64,000 nucleotides of DNA from Bacillota bacterium (GCA_015059495.1 SVAI01000001.1:735811-799810), one strand, 5' to 3'. Positions 30,252 to 41,040 are shown, numbered from the stretch's first letter. Translations and numbers: made by a program. Notes: generated from the letters alone by a model not told the origin.

Positions 30252-30798
30252 GTTTGAAAAAAAATTAGAATATCCAATTAACATAACTAAAAAAGATTTA
30301 CCTATGGCTAAATACTTATTAACTGCTCTTGGAGGAAGTGCTGGCGAACTAGCAGCAGCAATTCGTTATTTCACTCAAAGTTTTTCAATGCCAGATGATA
30401 AAGGTAAAATGTTACTAAAAGATATAGCAACTGAAGAATTAGCTCATGTTGAAATCATATCTACTCTATTTACTGAACTTACTAAAGGTGCAACAATTAA
30501 TGAGTTAAAAGAATATGATTTAGCATGCTATTTTACTGAACATGGAACTGGTGTTTATCCTTCTAATGCTATAGGACTTCCTTTTACAAGTGAGTATATA
30601 GCATCAACAGGAAATCCAATCGTAGATCTAGCCGAAGATATGGCAGCAGAAGAAAAAGCTAGAGCATCATATGAAGCACTAATAGACCTATGTCAAAACG
30701 AAGAAGTATTAAACCCTTTACTTTTCCTACGTCAAAGAGAAGTAGTACACTACAACAGATTTAAAGAACTATATGAAGATTATAAAAATCGACTATAA
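30244..30798 (+). CDS. CotJC-like manganese catalase-family protein
   Basis: EKKLEYPINITKKDLPMAKYLLTALGGSAGELAAAIRYFTQSF...TEELAHVEIISTLF aligns closely with B. subtilis CotJC (ferritin-like di-metal site). Confidence 0.75.
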   Translation: MFKFEKKLEYPINITKKDLPMAKYLLTALGGSAGELAAAIRYFTQSFSMPDDKGKMLLKDIATEELAHVEIISTLFTELTKGATINELKEYDLACYFTEHGTGVYPSNAIGLPFTSEYIASTGNPIVDLAEDMAAEEKARASYEALIDLCQNEEVLNPLLFLRQREVVHYNRFKELYEDYKNRL

Positions 30799-30807
30799 GT
30801 CGATTCT

Positions 30808-33303
30808 TTATATTGCTTTATTTTTATATTTTAATTTAAATAGTATATTAACAGGTATTACACTTAAAGATAACATAATTACATATACTAATTCTTTTAC
30901 ACTTAATCCATATGTTCTAAACAAATCGCTACCATAATATATTAAATATATTTGAATAATAAATATTAATAAAAATATAATTATGAATATTTTGTTTTTA
31001 AATATATTAGCAAATATATTAATTCTAGTAGTTCTAGAATTTAATGCATTAAATATACCCATAAATACAAATAACGCAAAATAAGAAGTCATAATATTTT
31101 TAATATTATTACTTATAAATAATCTAAATATATTACATTTTAAAAACAATAAACTTATTAATGCACTATAAATACCCATAGATAATATTTGCTTAATCAT
31201 ATACTTATTAATAATCTTTTCATCACTATTCTTAGGTAATTCCTTCATGTATTCATCTAATGGTGCTTCATAAGAAAACGCTATACCTGCTAAAGTATCC
31301 ATAATCATATTTATCCATAACATTTGAATAACTGTTACCGGACTAGAAATATTAAGAATTGGTCCAATAATAGATATTAACATTGCACATAAATTAACAG
31401 TTAATTGAAATACTATAAACTTTCTTATACTTTTAAAAATAGTTCTACCATAAAGTATAGCTTTACCAATAGATTTAATATCATCATCTAATATAATAAT
31501 ATCACTTGCTTCTTTTGCTACTTCTACTCCTGATCCAATCGCAAAACCAACATTAGCAAGCTTTAATGCTGATGCATCATTAACACCATCTCCACACATA
31601 CCAACCACTAAATTATTATCTTCTAATATTTTAACTAACCTACTTTTATCATTTGGTAAAGACCTAGCAATTACTTTTAATCTAGGATAAATATCTTTAA
31701 TTTCTTCATCACTTAACTTATTAAACTCTTCACTAGTTAGGCAAATACTATCATCATCTAATATATCTACTTCTCTAGCTATACTCTTAACTGTATTTAA
31801 TGAATCCCCACTAACAATAATAGTATTTATACCAGCGTTACTTAACATATTTATAGTCTCTCTACTACTATCTCTTAAATTATCCTTAATTAATGCTATA
31901 CCTTGATATGTTAAATTAGATATATTATCTTCTAATGTAGATGCTAACAATAATACTCTAATACCATCACTACTATACTTATCTATTAAATTCTTAATTC
32001 TATCTTTATCATATAATATTTTCTTATTACCTAAACTATCTAAATAATAATTACACTTATCTAATAATACTTCACTAGCACCTTTAACATAAGTAATATT
32101 ATTATCCAATTTAACTAAAGAATATTTCTTATTACTATCAAATACTTCTCTATACTTAATATTATATAGATCATTATATTTACTAAATAATAATAATGCT
32201 TTATCAGTAGAATTACTTCCGATAATATTATTATTATTTATTATTGAACTATTATTATAAAAAATATTATTATTAATCTCTAATAATAACTTATTACTTA
32301 AATCATCAATATTACTTATTTCATTATCATAAGTAATAATCTTACTAACACTTAATTTACCCACAGTTAAAGTACCGGTTTTATCAGTTAATAATACATT
32401 AATATTACCAGATGTTTCAATACCTACTAATCTTCTTACCATTACATTATCTTTTATCATTCTTTTCATATTTGATGATAATACTAATGTTATCATCATA
32501 GGTAAACCTTCAGGTACTGATACAACTATTACAGTAACACTTAAAGTTAATGCATATAAAATATTAGATACACTAAAATCTCTTGTTGATAACATATATA
32601 CTATAAACACTAATATAGACCCTATATAACCAAAAATAGATATTAACTTAGCTAAATGAGTTAATCTAATCTTTAGAGGACTAGTAGGACTACTTTCTTG
32701 TATATCTAACGCTACTTTACCTATTAAAGTATTATCTCCTACTTTTTCACATCTTATCTTTGCTTCACCATCTATAACAATACTAGAAGAATACACATAA
32801 TTACTATAAGTCTTCTTTTTCTCTTTAGTTTCTCCATTAATAGAGGATTCATTAACACTAATATTACCATCTATTATTATTCCATCTACAACTATTTTAT
32901 CCCCACTACTAACTACCAAGATATCTCCAACTACTACTTCACTACTACTTATTTCATCAATAATATTATCTCTTATTACTCTAACTTTAATATTATTATT
33001 TTCCTCACTTAATGATTCAAAAGCACTATCACTACCATATTCACTTAAAGCTGATATAACAGATGAAAACAATATAGCAATTAAAATTCCTATAGTTTCA
33101 AAATAATCATAATCTCTAAATAAAAAAATTATTTTAATTAATAATACTATTAATAATATTTTAATTATTGGATCACTAAAAGTCTCTAATAATAATCTAA
33201 TAAAAGATTTTCTTTTAACTTTAGTATAATTATTACTACCATATTTCTTTCTACTTATTACTACTTCTTCTGAAGTTAATCCCATAAAAAAACACCTATT
33301 CAA
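30808..33303 (-). CDS. P-type cation-transporting ATPase (type IIA, Ca2+/Mg2+-type)
   Basis: DKTGTLT phosphorylation site, GDGVNDA hinge, TGES-like actuator, ~10 TM helices. Confidence 0.85.
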   Translation of the reverse strand: MNRCFFMGLTSEEVVISRKKYGSNNYTKVKRKSFIRLLLETFSDPIIKILLIVLLIKIIFLFRDYDYFETIGILIAILFSSVISALSEYGSDSAFESLSEENNNIKVRVIRDNIIDEISSSEVVVGDILVVSSGDKIVVDGIIIDGNISVNESSINGETKEKKKTYSNYVYSSSIVIDGEAKIRCEKVGDNTLIGKVALDIQESSPTSPLKIRLTHLAKLISIFGYIGSILVFIVYMLSTRDFSVSNILYALTLSVTVIVVSVPEGLPMMITLVLSSNMKRMIKDNVMVRRLVGIETSGNINVLLTDKTGTLTVGKLSVSKIITYDNEISNIDDLSNKLLLEINNNIFYNNSSIINNNNIIGSNSTDKALLLFSKYNDLYNIKYREVFDSNKKYSLVKLDNNITYVKGASEVLLDKCNYYLDSLGNKKILYDKDRIKNLIDKYSSDGIRVLLLASTLEDNISNLTYQGIALIKDNLRDSSRETINMLSNAGINTIIVSGDSLNTVKSIAREVDILDDDSICLTSEEFNKLSDEEIKDIYPRLKVIARSLPNDKSRLVKILEDNNLVVGMCGDGVNDASALKLANVGFAIGSGVEVAKEASDIIILDDDIKSIGKAILYGRTIFKSIRKFIVFQLTVNLCAMLISIIGPILNISSPVTVIQMLWINMIMDTLAGIAFSYEAPLDEYMKELPKNSDEKIINKYMIKQILSMGIYSALISLLFLKCNIFRLFISNNIKNIMTSYFALFVFMGIFNALNSRTTRINIFANIFKNKIFIIIFLLIFIIQIYLIYYGSDLFRTYGLSVKELVYVIMLSLSVIPVNILFKLKYKNKAI

Positions 33304-33339
33304 TTATATGAATAGGTATCTTTATTTATTAATTATAAT

Positions 33340-35706
33340 TTATTCTGTTCTAAGTGATGTAACAACATCTTGTTTACTAGCAATATGAGCAGGTATTGCT
33401 CCGCCAATTAATGTTAATACCATACTAATTGCTATTAATATAACTGCATGTATAGGATTTAACTCTGCTACATTTTCTAATGTAGTTAAATCATATAATA
33501 GATTATTAATTGGAATAATTAGCAATAATGCTATTATAATACCAAGTAAACCAGACACTAATCCAATAATAACTGTTTCAGCATTAAATACTCTTTTAAT
33601 ATCTTTTTTACGAGCACCTAAGCTTCTTAAAATACCAATCTCTTTAGTTCTTTCTAATACACTAATATATGTAATTATACCAAGCATAATAGATGATACA
33701 ACTAATGATATTGCACTAAATGCAATTAATACTGCAGTAATACCATCCATGATTGATCCAGACATATTACTAATTAATTCAGCTTGATTAATAAATGATA
33801 CTTTATCTTTTTCTTCTTTACCATCATTATATTTATTTAAATATTCAACTATCTTTTCAGTAGAATTAAAATCATTAGGATAAATATATATATAACCAGG
33901 AGTTTCAATAGCCCCTAAATTTAATAATGTCATATGTCTTTCATATTTACCCATTTCAGTAGTATTATCAAATTCTAATCCAGTTAAAACATTATAATCA
34001 GCTTTTTCTTGTTCTTTAACAATCTTAGAATTCTTAGCACTTTCCTTAACATAATCTTGTAATTTATTAGATGTGTATAAAGAAGACTTACTATCTCTTA
34101 ATCCAATTGAACTATATTTATCTTCTTTGATTCTTATAATACCAACTACTTTTAAGGTTAAATTAGAATTATCATTATACATTTTTTCATTTATTACATC
34201 TGGAATAAATAAGTTTCCAATATTTTTATAATATGTATCATTATTAACTAATTTAATAGTACATTTTAAAATATCATCAAATGTATATTCATCACCATTT
34301 AAATTCAAAGCCTTTACTAAATCAGATGAAATCATATTTGATTTAGATACTTCAACTACTATCTCATCTTTTTCAACAGGTAATTTACCTTCTAATACAT
34401 CATAATAATTTTCTAAAATAGTATTTTTATTTTCATCATATTTTATAGGAATAGGCATAATATTAACATTTAATCTATCTAAATTAATATATTTATCTCC
34501 ACTCTTTTGAATAAGATTCATTCTTATACTATTATCTACTAATGAAGATGAAACATATTCTTTAGGAATATTATTAATATATTCCATATAATCATCAGTA
34601 ATAGGATTAATAGAAGTAGCAAATACATTACTCTTATCTTCATCCACCTTTTTAACTACTCTTTCATCAGTAAAATCATTTTCTTCATCTTCTTGAGTCA
34701 TACCTGAATTAGAAGAAAAAGCACTTCTTATAGATTCAGCAGTAATATTTTGTTTTGTAGCACTAATAATTATTGGCATAGCATCACTAACTTGATGTTC
34801 AAAATCATCTATTTTATTTTGAAAACCATTAGATAATGATAGTATTAAAGCAATACCAATAATACCAATTGATGAAGCAAAAGCAGTTATTAATGTTCTA
34901 CCTTTTTTAGTTTTAATATTATTTAATGATAAATATAATGCAGTAAAGAAAGACATCTTAGTCTTCTTTAATTTATATTCACTATCTTCTTCATCACTAT
35001 CATATTTATTAGAATCATTAATAATTTCTCCATCTTTCATATTAATAACTCTAGATGCATAATCTTTAGCTAAATCAGGATTATGAGTAACCATAATAAC
35101 TAACTTATCTTCAGCTATTTCTTTTATTAATTTCATGATTTGAACACTAGTCTTTGTATCTAATGCACCAGTTGGCTCATCAGCTAAAATAATCTCTGGA
35201 TCATTCGCTAAAGCTCTAGCAATAGCAACTCTTTGCATTTGTCCACCAGAAAGTTGATTAGGTTTCTTATGCATATGGTCTCCTAAACCAACCTTTTTTA
35301 ATAATTCTTTAGCTTTCTTTCTTCTTACTTTATATTTCTTACCAGATAAAGTCATACCCATTTCAACATTATCTAAAATGGAAATATGACTAATTAAATT
35401 ATAACTTTGAAATATAAATCCAATAGATTTATTTCTATAAGCATCAAAGTCTTTATCTTTAAACTTTTTAGTAGATTTACCCTTAATTAATAAATCACCA
35501 CTATCATATCTATCTAAACCACCAATTATATTAAGTAATGTTGTTTTACCACTACCAGATGGTCCTAATATAGCAACAAATTCATTTTTTCTAAACTTTA
35601 AATTAATTCCATTTAAAGCATGTTGAATAAATGTACCAGTCTTATAACTTTTCTTAATATTCTTTAACTCTAACATATTATCCCTCCATATCATTAATAA
35701 TAACAT
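33340..35706 (-). CDS. fused ABC transporter ATP-binding protein/permease (MacB/FtsX-type)
   Basis: N-terminal NBD (GPSGSGKTT, LSGGQMQR, ILADEPTGALD) and a C-terminal FtsX-like 4-TM permease with a large extracytoplasmic loop. Confidence 0.8.
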   Translation of the reverse strand: MLLLMIWRDNMLELKNIKKSYKTGTFIQHALNGINLKFRKNEFVAILGPSGSGKTTLLNIIGGLDRYDSGDLLIKGKSTKKFKDKDFDAYRNKSIGFIFQSYNLISHISILDNVEMGMTLSGKKYKVRRKKAKELLKKVGLGDHMHKKPNQLSGGQMQRVAIARALANDPEIILADEPTGALDTKTSVQIMKLIKEIAEDKLVIMVTHNPDLAKDYASRVINMKDGEIINDSNKYDSDEEDSEYKLKKTKMSFFTALYLSLNNIKTKKGRTLITAFASSIGIIGIALILSLSNGFQNKIDDFEHQVSDAMPIIISATKQNITAESIRSAFSSNSGMTQEDEENDFTDERVVKKVDEDKSNVFATSINPITDDYMEYINNIPKEYVSSSLVDNSIRMNLIQKSGDKYINLDRLNVNIMPIPIKYDENKNTILENYYDVLEGKLPVEKDEIVVEVSKSNMISSDLVKALNLNGDEYTFDDILKCTIKLVNNDTYYKNIGNLFIPDVINEKMYNDNSNLTLKVVGIIRIKEDKYSSIGLRDSKSSLYTSNKLQDYVKESAKNSKIVKEQEKADYNVLTGLEFDNTTEMGKYERHMTLLNLGAIETPGYIYIYPNDFNSTEKIVEYLNKYNDGKEEKDKVSFINQAELISNMSGSIMDGITAVLIAFSAISLVVSSIMLGIITYISVLERTKEIGILRSLGARKKDIKRVFNAETVIIGLVSGLLGIIIALLLIIPINNLLYDLTTLENVAELNPIHAVILIAISMVLTLIGGAIPAHIASKQDVVTSLRTE

Positions 35707-35713
35707 ATTTTAT

Positions 35714-35742
35714 TGATTATTAAACTAAATTGTGTTATATAT
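35714..35742 (+). promoter_or_regulatory. promoter of convergent small RNA (locus 2)
   Basis: TTGATT, 17 nt, TGtTATATA. Confidence 0.35.
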
Positions 35743-35747
35743 TATTT

Positions 35748-35825
35748 AGGGACGACATCTAAAGTGATTAATTTAGATGTTTGTGCCTTAGGTTTTTAGG
35801 CATTCATCTTTGAATGTCCTTTTTA
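35748..35825 (+). ncRNA. candidate ~80-nt small RNA, paralogue of the 23780..23884 RNA
   Basis: Begins AGGGACGACAUCU. Contains an ACATCTAAA/TTTAGATGT hairpin and a CATTCA-tctt-TGAATG hairpin followed by T5. No ORF. Confidence 0.3.
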
Positions 35826-35880
35826 ATTTCTAAAAATTATCCATACCAAAACCCCCACGGTTTTATATATGTAACTTATG

Positions 35881-35949
35881 TCAATTTATGATCATAAGAA
35901 TAATTGTTATAATTAATAATATAATTATGACATAAGAATACTTATTCAT
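35881..35949 (-). CDS. 22-aa hydrophobic peptide MNKYSYVIIILLIITIILMIIN (paralogue of the locus-1 peptide)
   Basis: Not in the ORF track. AAGGAGG RBS 8 nt upstream. The SD lies in a CCUUAAU-gaau-AUUAAGG hairpin. It shares the M-x-N-K-x-Y-x-I-I-I-L-L pattern with the locus-1 peptide. Confidence 0.45.
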   Translation of the reverse strand: MNKYSYVIIILLIITIILMIIN

Positions 35950-36017
35950 AAATTATACCTCCTTAATATTCATTAAGGCATAAACATTCACTTAACCAAA
36001 ATAGATGCGTCTACATC

Positions 36018-36046
36018 CTTATAACACATAAGTATTAAAAAAACAA
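36018..36046 (-). promoter_or_regulatory. promoter for the hydrophobic-peptide mRNA (locus 2)
   Basis: Minus strand TTGTTT, 17 nt, TGtTATAAG. The transcript would start ...GUAGACGCAUCUA. Confidence 0.35.
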
Positions 36047-36095
36047 ATTTCAATTTTTTATATAAAACAACCCAATAATTTAATTATCTTATAGC

Positions 36096-36140
36096 AATAA
36101 AAAAATAATTGAATACATCACAATTCAATTATTTTTATTT
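36096..36140. terminator. bidirectional intrinsic terminator
   Basis: AATAATTGAAT-acatcaca-ATTCAATTATT hairpin with flanking A and T runs. Confidence 0.5.
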
Positions 36141-36185
36141 TGAACTAATTTTAATCTAAAATTAATTATAAAATTTTACATTATT

Positions 36186-36482
36186 TTACACAAATAACTT
36201 ACTTATACTACCAATAAACTCACTTAAACCACTTTCAATAAAGTTGTTTATTGAATTAGATAAACTACTTCCAACCCTTGACATAGTTGAAGAATAATCC
36301 ACATAATCATCACCCAAATAGTTTTTAATATCCACTACTTGATTGTTTTCTAAATCACGCTCAAATTCTTCTTTCTTTTCATTAGTAATAATAGCTTTCT
36401 TTGAATTACTTAATTCATAATAACCACTATTATAAGCAAGTATATAAGATACAAATACTATAAATAACATACCTAATATCAT
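36186..36482 (-). CDS. small membrane-anchored hypothetical protein
   Basis: 98 aa with an N-terminal TM helix. Confidence 0.35.
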   Translation of the reverse strand: MILGMLFIVFVSYILAYNSGYYELSNSKKAIITNEKKEEFERDLENNQVVDIKNYLGDDYVDYSSTMSRVGSSLSNSINNFIESGLSEFIGSISKLFV

Positions 36483-36505
36483 AAAAAAATAATTATTATT
36501 CTTTT

Positions 36506-37390
36506 TTATATATCATCATCTCCAATATAATCACTTAATACATCTGCTAATACTTTAATACTATTACTTACTTCTAATATATTATTATCTACTCCACCTA
36601 TTTCTACTACTATAAGATTATGAGAAAAGTCTTGATTGTATACCCCATTTACTCCTAAACCTTCTTTTTTTAATACTCCCTTTGATATTCCATTAACCTT
36701 CTTATTTAACATATCACTTAATTCATTAGATAACTTTAAATTATATTCATATGATTCATTTTCTAATCCAACTATAAACATTATCTTAGCATATACCTTA
36801 TCACTATTTAATGTAGTCATATCATAACTAGATGAATCTCTATGTATATCTATATAGTATTCATAAGTATTATTTTTTTCTAATAATATCCTACTAGCAT
36901 TATATGAATCTTTATATATCCAATTATTATCATCTAATATCTTTTTAATACTATTTAATTCTACATAAGATTCTATATTATTATTTTTTAAATATTCCTG
37001 TAATACATATGATGCTATTTTAACATTAGGTATAACTGAATATTCACTACTATAATCTAATTTATATTCTTCACTATCATGTGTATTATAAATATATATT
37101 AAACTCTTATTAAATCTTTTATTAACTTTATCTACATAACTAATAAAACTCTTATTATCACTTTTAATATTTTTATCTAATAATAAAGATACATTTAATA
37201 TATTATCTACATTATTAACTTTATAGTTTAATCCTTCATTTACTAAATAATTAATATACTTACTTGGATCTACTTCATTATCCAATATATTTAATGTTAT
37301 TTTAAAGAATACATACATAAAAATAATAAATAATATAAGTTTTAATAACTTATGTTTTCTTCTAGATTTAAACCTTTTCATAATAATCAC
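36506..37390 (-). CDS. spoIIP: stage II sporulation protein P (SpoIIP)-family protein
   Basis: Signal anchor, IYIYNTHDSEEY, IDIHRDSSS and GVYNQDFSHNLIVVEIGG. These match SpoIIP family signature blocks. Confidence 0.65.
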   Translation of the reverse strand: MIIMKRFKSRRKHKLLKLILFIIFMYVFFKITLNILDNEVDPSKYINYLVNEGLNYKVNNVDNILNVSLLLDKNIKSDNKSFISYVDKVNKRFNKSLIYIYNTHDSEEYKLDYSSEYSVIPNVKIASYVLQEYLKNNNIESYVELNSIKKILDDNNWIYKDSYNASRILLEKNNTYEYYIDIHRDSSSYDMTTLNSDKVYAKIMFIVGLENESYEYNLKLSNELSDMLNKKVNGISKGVLKKEGLGVNGVYNQDFSHNLIVVEIGGVDNNILEVSNSIKVLADVLSDYIGDDDI

Positions 37391-37443
37391 TAACTAAATA
37401 ATAAATTACTTATAATAAAAAATATGTCAAAACTTATAAATTA

Positions 37444-37472
37444 GTTGCAATTATTCATTATTTTTGGTATAA
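37444..37472 (+). promoter_or_regulatory. sigma-A promoter of rpsT
   Basis: TTGCAA, 17 nt, TGgTATAAT. GGAAGGAG RBS follows. Confidence 0.55.
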
Positions 37473-37506
37473 TTTCACGTAGTGATTTAAGGAAGGAGCA
37501 ATTACT

Positions 37507-37773
37507 ATGGCTAATATCAAAAGTGCTAAGAAAGATATTAAAAGAACTAAAAAAGTTACTTTAAATAATCATGAATTAAAAGCTAGAGTTAAAAATGATA
37601 TCAAAAAATGTGAAAAAGCTATTCTTGCTGGTGACAAAAAAGTTGCTGACGAAGCTTTCAAAAACGTTCAAAAAACTATCGATAAAGCTCTTGCTAAAGG
37701 CTTAATTAAAAAGAATACTGCCTCTAGAGAAAAATCTAGATTAAATAATAAAGTAAAAGAAATGAATAAGTAA
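37507..37773 (+). CDS. rpsT: 30S ribosomal protein S20
   Basis: MANIKSAKKDIKRTKK..., 88 aa, basic, S20 family. Confidence 0.9.
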   Translation: MANIKSAKKDIKRTKKVTLNNHELKARVKNDIKKCEKAILAGDKKVADEAFKNVQKTIDKALAKGLIKKNTASREKSRLNNKVKEMNK

Positions 37774-37821
37774 TTGTATCGTTTCTTTTTTTTTGTTATA
37801 ATTCTTTTAGGTGAAATTAAT

Positions 37822-38736
37822 ATGAAGAAATACATCTTTTCAATCATACTTGCAACATTAATATTACTTGAAATAATTTTCATGAATCCTATTAAAGAAT
37901 TTGCTATAAAGATTATAAATAATAGACCAGATTTAATTATATTACCTAGTAATAACTATACAAAACACTATGATTTCATGTTTGTTAAACAATCAACTGA
38001 CTATGTACCCTATAGTATTGGTGATATAAGAAATATCTATTATTCAATGATAAATAATGGTTGGAGTGAATTTACTTTTTACTGTCCTACCGAGTATGAA
38101 GAATGTGTAAAAGATGTACAAACAGTTAGTTCTAATGATACTTTACTAACTAATATTAATAATTATACTAATCCATTTAATGCATTTAATAGCATTGAAA
38201 CAACATATGATGATTCTGGTGAAATAAATATTAAACTAGATCAACTATATGATATACAAGAAATAAATGCAATTAATAAAAAGCTAGATCAAATGATTAA
38301 AGAAAATATAACACCAAATATGAGTGATGAAGATAAAATAAAAGCTTTACATGATTATATTATTAATTCAACTGAATATGATAAAGTAAGAAATGATACA
38401 GGTTCATCTACATTTAAATCAAATACAGCATATGGTGCTTTAATTGAAAATAAAGCTATTTGTTCAGGATATGCTGATGCAATGTCATTGTTACTTGATA
38501 AACTTGGAATTAAAAACTTTAAAATAGCAAGTAAGACACATGTATGGAATGCAGTATATATTAACAACCAATGGTTACACTTAGACTTAACTTGGGATGA
38601 TCCAGTGTCTGAGCGTGGACCAATACTAGATCACAAATACTTTTTAATAACAACAGATGAACTAGTAAAAGCTGATGGTGATGATATCGATACACATGTA
38701 TTTGATAAAACAGTGTATCTAGAATTTAATGACTAA
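37822..38736 (+). CDS. transglutaminase-like cysteine peptidase domain membrane protein
   Basis: The ORF track starts at 37774. I start at the ATG at 37822, which has an AGGTGA RBS. Signal anchor. The core CSGYADAMSLLLDKLGIKNFKIASKTHVWNAVYINNQWLHLDLTWDDP is a C-H-D transglutaminase-like fold. Confidence 0.55.
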   Translation: MKKYIFSIILATLILLEIIFMNPIKEFAIKIINNRPDLIILPSNNYTKHYDFMFVKQSTDYVPYSIGDIRNIYYSMINNGWSEFTFYCPTEYEECVKDVQTVSSNDTLLTNINNYTNPFNAFNSIETTYDDSGEINIKLDQLYDIQEINAINKKLDQMIKENITPNMSDEDKIKALHDYIINSTEYDKVRNDTGSSTFKSNTAYGALIENKAICSGYADAMSLLLDKLGIKNFKIASKTHVWNAVYINNQWLHLDLTWDDPVSERGPILDHKYFLITTDELVKADGDDIDTHVFDKTVYLEFND

Positions 38737-38762
38737 AAAAAGATTAACACATGTTAATCTTT

Positions 38763-40961
38763 TTAATTTGTTTTTAAAGTGAAGTATCCTGGATTACCAT
38801 TTGTAGGATCATCAACACGAGCATATTCTTTGTCAGTATGAGATGAATCATATGTTGTACCTGCTCCACCTTTGATATTTATAGATTTTAGAAACATATT
38901 AGTGCTACTTGTAACTGCCGAAGTATTAAAATTGTTGCCAACATACAACGTTGTTAATGCACTCATTCCATTAAACATTGATAACATATTTGTTACATTT
39001 GAAGTATTAAAATTACTTATGTCCAAACTTGTTATACCTTTCGTTCCAGAAAACATTGCGGACATATTTGTTACATTTGAGGTATCAAGATTACTTACAT
39101 TTAAGTTAGTTAGACTACTCATTCCGGAAAACATTGCAGACATATTTGTTACTTTTGAGGTATTAAGATTACTTACATTTAAATTAGTTAAACTTCTCAT
39201 TCCATAAAACATATCTGACATATTCGTTACATTTGAGGTATTAAAACTACTTATATCAAAGCTAGTCAAACTATTCAATCCATAAAACATATAAGACATA
39301 TTTGTTACATTTGAAGTATTAAAATTACGCAAATCTAAACTTGTTAAATTATTCATTCCATTAAACATTGATGACATATCAGTTACATTTGAAGTATTAA
39401 AATTATGCAAATCTAAACTTGTTAAATTATTCATTCCACTAAACATACTGTTCATATTTTCTACATTTGAAGTATCAAAATTTCTTATATCTAAATTTGT
39501 TAGACCACTCATTAAAGAAAACATACTAGACATATTTGTTACATTTGATGTATTAAAACTACTTATATCTAAATTTGTTAGACTACTCATTTTATAAAAC
39601 ATAAAAGCCATACTTGTAACTTTTGAAGTATCAAAATTACTTATATCAAGTACTGTTAAATTGTTCATATTACTAAACATACTATTCATGCCTGTTACAT
39701 TTGAGGTATCAAAACTACTTAAATCTAACGTTGTTAATGCACTCATTGTAGAAAACATATATGACATAGTTGTTACTTTTGAAGTATCAAAATTTCTTAC
39801 ATCTAAAATTGATAAGCTTTGTAAATTGTCAAACATTGACACCATATTTGTAACTTTTGAGGTATTAAAAGTGCTTACATCTAAATCTGTTAGACTATAC
39901 ATTGCATGAAACATACTGTACATATTTTCTACATTTGAAGTATCAAAATTACTTATATCTAGTACTGTTAAATTGACCAATCCATCAAACATACTACCCA
40001 TATTCGTTACTTTTGAGGTATCAAAATTACTTACATCTAAAGTTGTTAATGCACCCATGCTAGAAAACATTTTAGACATGTCAGTTACTTTTGAAGTATT
40101 AAAGATATTTAAGTCTAGGTTTGTTAAACCCAGCATATGGTAAAACATATATGATGAATCACTATTCATATAAATAGTATCCGCTTCACTATAAAGATAT
40201 ACAGTTCCATTATCAAACCACGCATATACAAGAATAGGTTCATTAAAATCAGAAACTATAACCTTATCAGCACCTTCTGGTGGTGGATTCAAACTTCTCA
40301 CGATAGCTTTTATTGACGTATTTCTATCACTATATGACGCATAAGTACTACCAGTTGATTTTTTAAGATACTGGTTAAAATATTTACCATTTTTTAATAT
40401 TACTTCCTTATAATTCTTTTTTAATGTTGATCTAACTGTTATTTTAGAACTTAAAGTTTTACTTAATACTTCATCATTGTCAGCATCTTCTTTAATCCAT
40501 AATCTTAAGTTATATGATTTAGAGTCCCCTGCTGCTATAGTATCTTCATAGAACTTAGCAGCACTAGATGCATTAGATAACGTGGGTTCAACACTATTAT
40601 TATCGCCATATGTATGAATATGTCCATTAACATCTACTCTTAAATTTTCACCAGCAATTTGACTATCATTTAAAGTTTCCAAATTTATTGATATATCTGC
40701 TGCATGTTCACATATATTTGTTAAAGTAAATTTATATGGAGTTGTATATACACCCTTACCATCTTTCATTGGAAATGAATTAGTTAAACTAATAGCTTGA
40801 CTTCCCTCAGTAAAAGTTATTTCAAAACAATCTGATACTACTACATTTGTACTCTCTTGTGATACATTAAATACCCATAATGCATAAGAAGAACTTAGCA
40901 TTAAAGATAATACTAATAAAATACCAATAACTAATAATGTAATTTTATGTTTCTTCTTCAT
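38763..40961 (-). CDS. DUF285 (PF03382)-repeat surface protein, paralogue A
   Basis: N-terminal signal/TM, then about 17 tandem ~25-aa repeats of the form LTxLDISNFDTSNVTNMSSMFxGM, and a C-terminus GGAGTTYDSSHTDKEYARVDDPTNGNPGYFTLKTN. Confidence 0.75.
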   Translation of the reverse strand: MKKKHKITLLVIGILLVLSLMLSSSYALWVFNVSQESTNVVVSDCFEITFTEGSQAISLTNSFPMKDGKGVYTTPYKFTLTNICEHAADISINLETLNDSQIAGENLRVDVNGHIHTYGDNNSVEPTLSNASSAAKFYEDTIAAGDSKSYNLRLWIKEDADNDEVLSKTLSSKITVRSTLKKNYKEVILKNGKYFNQYLKKSTGSTYASYSDRNTSIKAIVRSLNPPPEGADKVIVSDFNEPILVYAWFDNGTVYLYSEADTIYMNSDSSYMFYHMLGLTNLDLNIFNTSKVTDMSKMFSSMGALTTLDVSNFDTSKVTNMGSMFDGLVNLTVLDISNFDTSNVENMYSMFHAMYSLTDLDVSTFNTSKVTNMVSMFDNLQSLSILDVRNFDTSKVTTMSYMFSTMSALTTLDLSSFDTSNVTGMNSMFSNMNNLTVLDISNFDTSKVTSMAFMFYKMSSLTNLDISSFNTSNVTNMSSMFSLMSGLTNLDIRNFDTSNVENMNSMFSGMNNLTSLDLHNFNTSNVTDMSSMFNGMNNLTSLDLRNFNTSNVTNMSYMFYGLNSLTSFDISSFNTSNVTNMSDMFYGMRSLTNLNVSNLNTSKVTNMSAMFSGMSSLTNLNVSNLDTSNVTNMSAMFSGTKGITSLDISNFNTSNVTNMLSMFNGMSALTTLYVGNNFNTSAVTSSTNMFLKSINIKGGAGTTYDSSHTDKEYARVDDPTNGNPGYFTLKTN

Positions 40962-41040
40962 AATACATACCTACTAACTATTTTTTTATCGTCTTTACTA
41001 TATATAAATAATAACATATTTTTTTAAACAAAAAAAGATA

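Noticed and set aside
37774-37821. The long start (MYRFFFFVIILLGEIN) for the transglutaminase-like gene, overlapping the rpsT stop
   Set aside because: There is no RBS. The downstream ATG at 37822 has an AGGTGA RBS and begins a proper signal anchor.
38872-39909. Plus-strand ORFs 38872..39207 and 39661..39909 inside the DUF285 gene
   Set aside because: These are antisense reading frames kept open by the tandem DNA repeats. They have repetitive, low-complexity translations and no RBS.
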